Assembly (NCBI GenBank): GCA_964531505.1
Contig: CAZHDT010000001.1
Coordinates: forward strand, 1 to 44,579
Direction: 5' to 3'
DNA from: an uncultured Gammaproteobacteria bacterium
GTDB taxonomy: Bacteria; Patescibacteriota; Patescibacteriia; UBA2591; UBA6264
DNA: 44,579 bases
Below are positions 34,678 through 42,971 of the stretch, one piece after another; position 1 is the stretch's first letter; the number at the start of each line of letters is the position of its first letter. The notes below the pieces were generated by a model, which made no database searches, was not told where the DNA came from, and worked only from the letters and a program-made list of their open reading frames with translations. Position numbers and translations under genes: made by a program.

Positions 34678-35976
34678 ATGTTATTAAAATTTTTACAAAG
34701 ACTTTTAGCTTTTTTAGCAAAGGGGATTATAAAAAAACAAAAACCGTTAGTAATCGGCATTACTGGCAGTGTTGGTAAGTCGTCAGCTAAACAAGCGATT
34801 AATTTTGTTTTGAAAGAAAAGTTTAATGTAAGGGAAAGTAATGGCAATTATAATAATGAAATCGGTTTGCCGTTAACTATAATTGGTAAAAAATCATTTG
34901 GGAAAAATATTTTTGGCTGGCTTTTAGTTTTTTTTATCGGTTTTATGAAAATGTTTTTTAAAATGAAATTTTATCCGAAAGTTTTGGTTTTAGAAATGGC
35001 TGCGGATAGACCGGGAGATATAGGTTATTTAATTAAAATTGCTCCTTGTCAAATTGCGGTCTTAACGGCCATCAGCGTATCGCATACGGAATTTTTTAAT
35101 AATATTCAAGGAATTATTAAGGAAAAACAAGAAATTATTACTCATCTACTTTCTGATAATTGGGCGATTTTAAATCAGGACGACAAAAATATTGCGAGTT
35201 TAAAAAATAAAACTCAGGGGAAGATATTAACTTATGGTCTTTCTGAAAAATCGGATATTAGAGCTTTAGAAATTGCGATTGAACAAGAAATAAAAGAAAA
35301 TCGCGTAGAAATAAGAGGTTTAAAATTTAAAATTAGTTATCAGGGAAGTGTTGTTCCAGTTTTTTTGTCAAATGTTATTTCTTTGGCTCAAGTTTATTCT
35401 ATTTTGGCCGCGGTTGCTGTAGGAATTTCTTTTGAAATGAATTTATTGGAAATCGTTCAAAATTTTAAAAGCTATGAACTTCTTCCCGGCCGTTTAGCAG
35501 TTTTAAAAGGCATTAAAGATACTTTAATTTTAGATGATACTTATAATTCTTCGCCTCGAGCATTGGACTTCGCTTTAGAGACGATAAAAGAGATAAAAAT
35601 ACCATTAATTTCAAGAAAATGGGCGGTTTTGGGTGATATGTTAGAATTGGGTAGTTTGAGCCAGATAAGTCATTTTCGGGCCGGAGAAAAAGTATTTTTA
35701 GCGGATTTGGATTTTTTAATTACTATTGGTTTAGAAGCTAAAGAAATAGCCAAAGGCGCATTAGAAAAAGGGATGTCAAATGAAAAAGTTTTTAGTTTTG
35801 AAAATTCATTAGGAGTAATTGATTTTTTAAAATCAAGAATCAAGGTTGGCGATTTAATTTTAGTTAAGGGCTCGCAGGGAATGAGAATGGAAAAAATTGT
35901 TAAGGAAATTATGGCTAAACCAAATTTAGCGGGTAAATATTTAGTTCGGCAAAGTAAAAAATGGCTTAGATTTTAA
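34678..35976 (+). CDS. murF: UDP-N-acetylmuramoyl-tripeptide--D-alanyl-D-alanine ligase
   Basis: GITGSVGKSS P-loop, DDTYNSSP, GDMLELG. Confidence 0.85.
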   Translation: MLLKFLQRLLAFLAKGIIKKQKPLVIGITGSVGKSSAKQAINFVLKEKFNVRESNGNYNNEIGLPLTIIGKKSFGKNIFGWLLVFFIGFMKMFFKMKFYPKVLVLEMAADRPGDIGYLIKIAPCQIAVLTAISVSHTEFFNNIQGIIKEKQEIITHLLSDNWAILNQDDKNIASLKNKTQGKILTYGLSEKSDIRALEIAIEQEIKENRVEIRGLKFKISYQGSVVPVFLSNVISLAQVYSILAAVAVGISFEMNLLEIVQNFKSYELLPGRLAVLKGIKDTLILDDTYNSSPRALDFALETIKEIKIPLISRKWAVLGDMLELGSLSQISHFRAGEKVFLADLDFLITIGLEAKEIAKGALEKGMSNEKVFSFENSLGVIDFLKSRIKVGDLILVKGSQGMRMEKIVKEIMAKPNLAGKYLVRQSKKWLRF

Positions 35977-36000
35977 TTTTTTTATCGCAAGATAATTTAT

Positions 36001-37593
36001 TTATATTTTTTTAACTAGATAGGTTTTTTTCAAGCGGTATCCTAAATGACGATAATATTCTCTTACCCCAATTCCGGAAATAACCGCGATTTTTTGAAAC
36101 CCTTGGTTTTTTGCAATTTGTTCCGCCCTTTCAATTAATTTTTTTCCAAAGCCAAAATGCTGAGTGGCTTTTAGTTTTTTATTTTTGATTTCTACTAATT
36201 GTCCATAAGTATGAAGCTCTCTAATAAGGGCTGCATTTTGCAGAACAGGAAGAATCTCTTTTTCTTCTAAATCCGGCAATCTAAGGCGAAGAAAAGCGGC
36301 CAATTTATTTTTTTCTTTATTTTCAAAAGATAAAAATATTTCTTGGCCATTAGAAGCCGAATATCTATTTTCTTTTAATTTAAAATCTTTTAAATTAATC
36401 TTTTGACCCTTAACTTCCCGACAGCGAATACATTGGCAAAAGATATTTTTTTCTTTCATAATCTTTTGTATTATTTCTCTTAAGTTTGAAATTTTGCTGC
36501 CGGCTTGAATTTGATAGGCTGGAATATCTCTAATTAAACGGTTAATTCTAACATAAGGAGGAATAATTAATTTTATTTTAATTATGAGTTCAATTAGTTG
36601 TTGACTGGAATATGGGCGATATTGTCCTTTTTTCCATGATTGGTAAAGGGGTGAGCCTTTAGCAACCACGCAAGGATATATTTTAAGCATATCTGGTTGG
36701 AAGTCGGAATTCGAAAAAAGGTCTTGAAACATTTCAAAATCTTTTTTTAAAGTAGAACCAGCCAAGCCGGGCATTAAATGATAGCAAATTTTAAACCCGG
36801 CATTTTTTAAAAGACGAGTAGCTCTAATCGTTTCTTTGGTTCCATGCCCTCGCCGATTTTTTTTTAAAATTTTATTATCAAGCGATTGAACGCCAATTTC
36901 CACCCTGGTTGCTCCCAAATCTCTCATTCTTTTAATTTCATTTAAATCAAGATAGTCAGGGCGGGTTTCTAAAGTGAGACCGACAATGCGGTTTTTCGCT
37001 TTTTCATTTTTTTTCTGAGCTTGCGCTAAATTTTTACTAATTGATTTATTAGCGCCGTCAAAACATCTTTTAATAAACCAACTTTGGTATTGTTTAGGAA
37101 GATAAGACCAGGTTCCGCCAATCACAATTAATTCTATTTTATCTGTTGGGTGACCATTCCTTTCTAAGATTTGGATTCTGGATTTAGTTTGAAAATAGGG
37201 ATTGTATTTGAGAATTTTTGCTCTTTCTACCGCCGGTTCCCCGGATAAATAACTTTTTGGGACGCCTTTTTCTAATGGGCAATAAAAGCATTTTCCCGGA
37301 CACGGCCATGGTTTAGTTAAAACCGCCACTACGGCTACGCCAGACAATGAACGAATTGGTCTTTTTTTTAAATCATGTTCCAAAAAATAACTTTCTTTTA
37401 TTTTGTTTTTTCTTTTTAAATCGTAATAAATTTCTAAAATATCATTATTGGCAGGCAGGCTAATCTTAAATTCAGAAGATAGTTTTTGTTTGATTTTTGA
37501 AAAATTTTTAAAAGAAGTTAATTTTGTTTTAACCAATTTTTGAACCAAATCATTAAGTTTTTCGGATTTTTCTTTTTCCATTTTTATCATCAT
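36001..37593 (-). CDS. elp3: Elp3-family radical-SAM/GNAT protein (tRNA U34 carboxymethylation type)
   Basis: CPGKCFYCP (CX3CX2C) in the N-half, GGTWS, RVEIGVQS. C-terminal GNAT block ELHTYG....QHFGFGKKLIERAE. Length 530 aa. Confidence 0.85.
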   Translation of the reverse strand: MMIKMEKEKSEKLNDLVQKLVKTKLTSFKNFSKIKQKLSSEFKISLPANNDILEIYYDLKRKNKIKESYFLEHDLKKRPIRSLSGVAVVAVLTKPWPCPGKCFYCPLEKGVPKSYLSGEPAVERAKILKYNPYFQTKSRIQILERNGHPTDKIELIVIGGTWSYLPKQYQSWFIKRCFDGANKSISKNLAQAQKKNEKAKNRIVGLTLETRPDYLDLNEIKRMRDLGATRVEIGVQSLDNKILKKNRRGHGTKETIRATRLLKNAGFKICYHLMPGLAGSTLKKDFEMFQDLFSNSDFQPDMLKIYPCVVAKGSPLYQSWKKGQYRPYSSQQLIELIIKIKLIIPPYVRINRLIRDIPAYQIQAGSKISNLREIIQKIMKEKNIFCQCIRCREVKGQKINLKDFKLKENRYSASNGQEIFLSFENKEKNKLAAFLRLRLPDLEEKEILPVLQNAALIRELHTYGQLVEIKNKKLKATQHFGFGKKLIERAEQIAKNQGFQKIAVISGIGVREYYRHLGYRLKKTYLVKKI

Positions 37594-37663
37594 ATCATTT
37601 TTAGGGCAAAATATAAAGCTTTTCTTGTTTTTAAATTAAATTTTAGTTAAAATAAGATTTATT

Positions 37664-38374
37664 ATGAATAAAAAAAAGATAATTAAAATTTTAAAAAAGA
37701 ATCAAGAGGATTGGGAAAGGATCGCTGTTTCTTTTTCCCACACGCGTCAGAATCTTTGGCTTGAATTCAAAGATTTGGTTAAATATGTTAAGAAAGGGGA
37801 CCGAGTTTTGGATTTGGGTTGCGGTAATGGCCGCCTTTTTCAGATTTTAAAAGAAAAAGAAGTTAATTATTTAGGGATTGATCAGTCGGAGAAATTAATT
37901 TGTCTAGCTAAAGAGAAATTTCCTCAAACAAATTTTATTAAAACCAACCTTATTGAAACATTTTCAAATTATTGTTCGGAAAAATTGCTTTCTAATGAAG
38001 TAGATATTATTTTTTCCATTGCGCTTTTACATCATTTGCCCAGTAAAGGGCTAAGAAGAGAATTTTTTGAGAAATGTTTTTCCTTGTTAAAAAAAGACGG
38101 TTTTTTAATTTTAACTGTTTGGAATTTTTTTCAACCCCGTCTCATTAAAAAATATAGAATAAGAAAAATTATTTTTGGTTTTAAAAATATTTTAATCCCA
38201 TTTAAAGAAAAAGAAAAAATTACATATCGATATTATTATGCCTTTAGGAAAAGGGAATTGGAAAAGATTTTTAATGGGGCCGGATTTCAAATAAAGGAAA
38301 GTTATTATGTTCGTCAAGGAAAAAAAGTTGGGCTAAAAGAGGGATATAATTTAGTAATAGTGGCAAAAAAATAA
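37664..38374 (+). CDS. Trm9-like class I SAM-dependent methyltransferase
   Basis: IAVSFSHTRQNLW, VLDLGCGNGR, FSIALLHHLPS, YRYYYAFRKRELE, NLVIVAKK. These parallel yeast Trm9 blocks IAPHFSQTRYKPW, IDVGCGNGK, ISIAVVHHWST, YRYYHLYREGELA, WWVVAQK. Confidence 0.7.
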   Translation: MNKKKIIKILKKNQEDWERIAVSFSHTRQNLWLEFKDLVKYVKKGDRVLDLGCGNGRLFQILKEKEVNYLGIDQSEKLICLAKEKFPQTNFIKTNLIETFSNYCSEKLLSNEVDIIFSIALLHHLPSKGLRREFFEKCFSLLKKDGFLILTVWNFFQPRLIKKYRIRKIIFGFKNILIPFKEKEKITYRYYYAFRKRELEKIFNGAGFQIKESYYVRQGKKVGLKEGYNLVIVAKK

Positions 38375-38422
38375 CCAACATATATCAAAGCGGTTATTTT
38401 TTATTTCTATTTCTATTTTGAG

Positions 38423-39406
38423 TTAAATCAAACCCATTTTTTGTTTAACTTCTTTAATAGTTTTTTGAGCAATTTCTCTTGCTTGTTTAGTTCCCTTTTC
38501 GAGGATTTTTTTTATTTTTTCAGGATGTTGTTCTAAATACTCTTTTTTTTCTTGAATCGGTTTTAATTCTTTAATTAAATTTTTTGCCAGAAGATGCTTG
38601 CATTCCAGACATCCTATTTTGGCCTGAGTGCATCCTTTAACCACATAATTTAAATCTTTTTTGTCAGAGACGAGTTGATGGAGGTGATATAGGTTGCATT
38701 TTTCCGGGGTGCCAGGGTCAGTTCTTTTTTGTCTAGCCGGATCAGTAACAGCTGGCGCGAGTTTTTTAAGAATAATTTCAAAAGAGTCTGACATAGCAAT
38801 ATAACTTTCCACGCCGTGCGATTTGCTCATTTTTTTTCTAGGATTGTTTAAACTCATAATTCTAGCTCCGGAAGTTAGAATTGGTTTTGGTTCCGGGAAT
38901 GTTTTACCGAAGGTTTTATTGAATTTTCTAGCTATTTCTCTAGCAAGTTCCAAATGTTGAACTTGATCTTCACCAACCGGAACAATTTCTGATTTATAAA
39001 GTAAAATGTCTGCCGCCATTAAAACCGGATAATTAAAAAGGCCAGCATTAATATTTTCCGCGTTTTCTTTTGATTTTTCTTTAAATTGAGTCATGCGATT
39101 TAAATCGCCAATTGGGGTAATGGTATTTAAAATCCAAGCAAGTTCAGTATGTTCTGGAACGGTTGATTGGACAAAGATAATTGATTTATCAGGATTAATT
39201 CCGGCTGAAATAATATCTATGGTCGCCTCCAAAATTCTTTTTGGCATTTGCTTTGGTTGATAAGAAACCGTAATGGCATGGTAATCAACAATAGAGAAAA
39301 GACTGGGGTATTTTTCTTGAAGTTGAACCCAGTTTTTGATTGCTCCGAAGTAATTTCCAATGTGGAGCAAGCCGGTTGGTTGAACGCCGCTAAAAAGTTT
39401 CATCAT
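38423..39406 (-). CDS. trpS: Tryptophan--tRNA ligase (with a C-terminal 4-Cys motif)
   Basis: GVQPTG..HIGNY (HIGH), KMSKS. C-x21-C-x6-C-x2-C in EKCNLYH...KGCTQAKIGCLEC. Confidence 0.95.
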   Translation of the reverse strand: MMKLFSGVQPTGLLHIGNYFGAIKNWVQLQEKYPSLFSIVDYHAITVSYQPKQMPKRILEATIDIISAGINPDKSIIFVQSTVPEHTELAWILNTITPIGDLNRMTQFKEKSKENAENINAGLFNYPVLMAADILLYKSEIVPVGEDQVQHLELAREIARKFNKTFGKTFPEPKPILTSGARIMSLNNPRKKMSKSHGVESYIAMSDSFEIILKKLAPAVTDPARQKRTDPGTPEKCNLYHLHQLVSDKKDLNYVVKGCTQAKIGCLECKHLLAKNLIKELKPIQEKKEYLEQHPEKIKKILEKGTKQAREIAQKTIKEVKQKMGLI

Positions 39407-39574
39407 AGAAATAGGTGATATTTTTTAAACTATTTATATCATAACAGATTGTTTTTAGAAGACAAGATAGTTTAAGAATATTATGGCATTGGGACGCGGA
39501 GATTTAGTGAGATTTCATTATAAAAAGTTGTTATTTTTTAAATTTATGCTATCCTGAGAATAATTCAAACTATT

Positions 39575-39991
39575 ATGGCAAAAGAAAAAAATAAAAAAAA
39601 TATTTTTTCAATAATAATTATTCTTTTAATTTTGTTTTTTTTACCTTTTCTTTTTAAAAAACAGGAAATAAAAATGGATATGGGTAAATTGGAAAAAAAG
39701 ATTTTAGACTGTCTACCCATGGCTAAATTAATTTCAGAAACCAAAAGCGAATTTTCTTATCAGGTTAGTTATTTAAATCAGGGAAATAGTGATTATTCTC
39801 AAGTTATTTTTAAAGAATTGAAGAAAATTTTTTTAAATTCAGGCTGGAGAATTAAACAAAAAGAATTAAAAGAAGATTATCGGTTAATTAGTTTTCAACC
39901 AAGAAAAAAAGAGAAGAGAGAACTTTTAAACGTGGCAATTAGTTATCAAAATAATCAGGGAACTTTTTTCGGTATTGATTATCATTGGTAA
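39575..39991 (+). CDS. N-terminally anchored hypothetical protein
   Basis: Lys-rich start, one TM helix, no recognisable family. Confidence 0.5.
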   Translation: MAKEKNKKNIFSIIIILLILFFLPFLFKKQEIKMDMGKLEKKILDCLPMAKLISETKSEFSYQVSYLNQGNSDYSQVIFKELKKIFLNSGWRIKQKELKEDYRLISFQPRKKEKRELLNVAISYQNNQGTFFGIDYHW

Positions 39992-40023
39992 ATATTAGTA
40001 AATAATTTTGGTTAATGAAAAGT

Positions 40024-40050
40024 AAAAAAACGCGATTCATGCGTTTTTTT
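40024..40050. terminator. Bidirectional terminator hairpin
   Basis: aaaaaaacgc-gattcat-gcgttttttt, between the convergent 39575-39991 gene and tRNA-Leu. Confidence 0.6.
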
Positions 40051-40064
40051 ATTATTTTGAATTA

Positions 40065-40150
40065 TGGTGCCAGAGGTGGGACTCGAACCCACAAGCCTTT
40101 CGGCATACGGCTCTGAACCGTACGTGTTTACCAAATTTCACCACTCTGGC
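40065..40150 (-). tRNA. tRNA-Leu (anticodon CAG), class II long variable arm, CCA encoded
   Basis: Reverse complement folds as GCCAGAG/CUCUGGC acceptor, GUG/CAC D-stem, UACGG-UUCAGAG-CCGUA anticodon arm, GCC-GAAA-GGC variable arm, GUGGG-UUCGAGU-CCCAC T-arm, A-CCA. Confidence 0.92.
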
Positions 40151-41913
40151 TATTTTGAAATTTTTCTTTTAGTTTGATAATACCAATTTTCAATTTCATT
40201 AAAACGGTCAGCTGGGTGGGTGATTTGATTAATATTAACTCCTTTTATCTTTTCGTCAATTAAATAAGAATAACTGGCATTATAAAGGAAAATGGCCGGT
40301 AGATTGTTAGCAATAATTTCTTGAAATTCGCGGTAATTTATCTTTTTTTCTTCCAAATTGTTTGTTAAAGAGGCCTTTTCTAAAAGTTCATCGCTTCTCC
40401 GGAAGCTGAAACCAGTAAGATTTAAACCCGGTGTTTCACTTTGAGATGAATGCCAAAGTGAAAAAGGATCTGAGTTAAAGTCATCAAGAATGCCATATAA
40501 AAAAGCCTGAAAATTTCTTTTTTTAATAACTTCTTTTATTTTATCAGTAGGAATAACGATTAACTTTACTTTCAGGCCGATATTTTGCCATGATTTTTGG
40601 ATCAATTCGGCAATTTTTTCAAATTCTGATTGATTTACCGTAGTTAATTCTATTTCTAGAATTTGTTTATTCTTTTCATAAAATCCGTTTTCGTTTTTTT
40701 TCCAGCCGGCTTGGGTTAAAATATTTTCAGCTGCTGTTGGGTCATAAGAATAAGTCTTTATTTCCGAGTTAAAGAAAGCGGAAGAGGGGAGAATCGGCCC
40801 GTTAATGATAGTTCCCTGTTTATTAAAAACTTTTTCAAAAATTTCGTCTTTCGGAGTTAAATAAGAAAGAGCTTGACGAATAGACTTTTCTGTCAAATAG
40901 TTTTCTTTTCCCTCTGTTTCTGATTGGCGAAGGTTTAAAAATACGGCGTTATAATAAGGAAAATTTAAGCGATAATTTTTAAATCCTTTAATTTCCGCTT
41001 GCTGTTCATTTATTTGTCCGGGTGGAATAATCAGGCCGTTAATTTCTTGATTTTTTAGCGCAAGAAACGCTTGGTTGAAATCCGGATAAAAATGAAAGTT
41101 AATTTCTTTCAGAAATGGACTACTTTGATAATAAAAATTATTTCTTAACAAAGAATAAATAATTATTTTATCGTCCTTGTCTCTAGCCAATAGGTTAAAC
41201 TGATATGGTCCACTGCCAATTGGTTTTAAGTTAAAATTAGATTGGGAAATTTCTTCCGGTTTAATATTTTCCCAGATTGATTTAGGTAGGATACCTAATG
41301 TTAAAATAGAAAAAATATCAGGATTATTTTTCTCTATTTTTATTTTTAAACATTTTTCCGCAGTTTTTTCAAATTGTAGGTTTTTCAGTTTTTCTAACCG
41401 AGGATTTTTAAAAATATCATTTTGGCCAAGAGTGTAAGTAAAAAGAATGTCATCAATGGTTATTTTTTCTTCATTATGCCAAAAAAGATTTTCTTTTAGG
41501 CAAAATTCGTATTCTAATTGTTCGGGATTATAAATAAATTCTTGAACTAAATCGGGTATTAAATTAAAATCAGAGTCATATTTTAAAAGCCCGGAATAAA
41601 CTAAATTAACCAGGCTTAAATCAACTTCATCTACCGCTAAAAAAGGATTGATATTTTTCGGTTGGCCAATTGTGCCTTCATGATAATTTCCTCCGATATT
41701 GGGAACTATTTCTGAAGACGAAAAATAGAATTGGAAAAATAGAATGAGACAAGAAAAAAGAATACAACCCAAAAAAAGTTTAATCAAGTTTTTTTCCTTT
41801 AATGATAAAACTTCATTTAAATATTTTAATTGATGAAAAGAGGGGATTCTTTTTTTACCCTCCTTCGGTTTATTTTTTCTCGAAAAAGGATTTTTTTTAA
41901 AAGATAAGAACAT
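40150..41913 (-). CDS. ABC-type family 5 (OppA/DppA-like) substrate-binding protein, with no transporter partner nearby
   Basis: N-terminal TM anchor, SBP_bac_5-like length and blocks (GSGPY.F, NP..L..Y.G). No permease genes adjacent. Confidence 0.75.
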   Translation of the reverse strand: MFLSFKKNPFSRKNKPKEGKKRIPSFHQLKYLNEVLSLKEKNLIKLFLGCILFSCLILFFQFYFSSSEIVPNIGGNYHEGTIGQPKNINPFLAVDEVDLSLVNLVYSGLLKYDSDFNLIPDLVQEFIYNPEQLEYEFCLKENLFWHNEEKITIDDILFTYTLGQNDIFKNPRLEKLKNLQFEKTAEKCLKIKIEKNNPDIFSILTLGILPKSIWENIKPEEISQSNFNLKPIGSGPYQFNLLARDKDDKIIIYSLLRNNFYYQSSPFLKEINFHFYPDFNQAFLALKNQEINGLIIPPGQINEQQAEIKGFKNYRLNFPYYNAVFLNLRQSETEGKENYLTEKSIRQALSYLTPKDEIFEKVFNKQGTIINGPILPSSAFFNSEIKTYSYDPTAAENILTQAGWKKNENGFYEKNKQILEIELTTVNQSEFEKIAELIQKSWQNIGLKVKLIVIPTDKIKEVIKKRNFQAFLYGILDDFNSDPFSLWHSSQSETPGLNLTGFSFRRSDELLEKASLTNNLEEKKINYREFQEIIANNLPAIFLYNASYSYLIDEKIKGVNINQITHPADRFNEIENWYYQTKRKISK

Positions 41914-41920
41914 AAAAAGT

Positions 41921-42142
41921 TTATTGTTGGGTAATCAAACGAAAGCCTCCTAAAGCCAAAAATAGAACAATTAAAACAATAGTGGAGATAAAAATCGTCT
42001 TTTCCAAACCCCTTTTAGTATGGTAACCCTCTCCACTCCCGCCGAAAATTCCTGATAATCCACTACCCCTTTGTTGAAGAAGAACAGTAATAATCAAGAG
42101 ACAAGAGATAACAATTTGAACAATGTTTAATATTCTTTGCAT
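41921..42142 (-). CDS. secG: Preprotein translocase subunit SecG
   Basis: 73 aa, two TM segments, LLQQRGSGLSGIFGG signature. Confidence 0.85.
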   Translation of the reverse strand: MQRILNIVQIVISCLLIITVLLQQRGSGLSGIFGGSGEGYHTKRGLEKTIFISTIVLIVLFLALGGFRLITQQ

Positions 42143-42152
42143 AAATTTTATA

Positions 42153-42968
42153 TTAATTTTTATTTTTAGAAGATAAATAAACGTTTTTAAGAAGATAGGC
42201 GACGGTTAAGGGTCCAACCCCTCCGGGAACTGGAGAAAGATAGGGAGTTTTTTTTCTTATTTTTTCATCTGCGTCCCCAACCGCTTTTCCCTTTATTCTA
42301 TTATATCCAATGTCGATGACAACGGCGTTTTTTTTAATCATTTCCGGCTTGATGAATTTTGGTTTTCCTATTGCAATAACAATTAAATCAGCTGTTTTTA
42401 TTTGATTTTTTTCTAATAAGGAAAAACTTTTTTTTAAATAAATGATTTCTGTTTTTATTTGATTTTTTTCTAAAAATTTTTTTAAAGGTTCAGCAAAAAT
42501 TTCGTTTTTACTCAAAATAACCGTTTTTTTATTTTTTAAGTTTATTTTAGTTTCTTTAATCAATTTGAGGGTGGCTTGATAAACCGGGGAAATAAATTTT
42601 GTTGCGGGATTAAATCCATCTACATCTTTTAAAGGAGAGATATTTTTTACTAATTTATTTGAATTTAAATGTTTTGGCAAGGGAAGTTGAAGAATTACGC
42701 CATTGATTGATTTATCTTTGTTTATTTTTTTAATTAATTCAATTATCTTTTTGTTTGAAGTTTTATTAGCGAGTGCGAATTTTTTGAATTTAATTCCCAT
42801 TTTCTTTGCCGCCTTTTCTTTTAAACTTACATAAATTAGAGAGCTGGGTTCTTTGCCGACCAAAATGGCGGCTAAGCCGGGTTTTAGGTTTCTTTTTTTA
42901 ATTTCTTTTCTAATGTCTTCTTTTATTTTTTCCGCAATTTTTTTTCCATTCAGGATAATTTTTTCCAT
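42153..42968 (-). CDS. folD: Bifunctional methylenetetrahydrofolate dehydrogenase/cyclohydrolase
   Basis: LAAILVG..P.S..YV..K, GVILQLPLP, PVPGGVGP.T.A.LL. Confidence 0.9.
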   Translation of the reverse strand: MEKIILNGKKIAEKIKEDIRKEIKKRNLKPGLAAILVGKEPSSLIYVSLKEKAAKKMGIKFKKFALANKTSNKKIIELIKKINKDKSINGVILQLPLPKHLNSNKLVKNISPLKDVDGFNPATKFISPVYQATLKLIKETKINLKNKKTVILSKNEIFAEPLKKFLEKNQIKTEIIYLKKSFSLLEKNQIKTADLIVIAIGKPKFIKPEMIKKNAVVIDIGYNRIKGKAVGDADEKIRKKTPYLSPVPGGVGPLTVAYLLKNVYLSSKNKN

Positions 42969-42971
42969 ATT

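Noticed and set aside
39407-39574. T-box leader upstream of trpS (and upstream of pheS)
   Set aside because: Only ~165 nt are available upstream of trpS, with no specifier-loop/AGAGA or T-box (..GGUGG.ACCGCG) sequence. pheS overlaps the preceding gene, so it has no leader at all.
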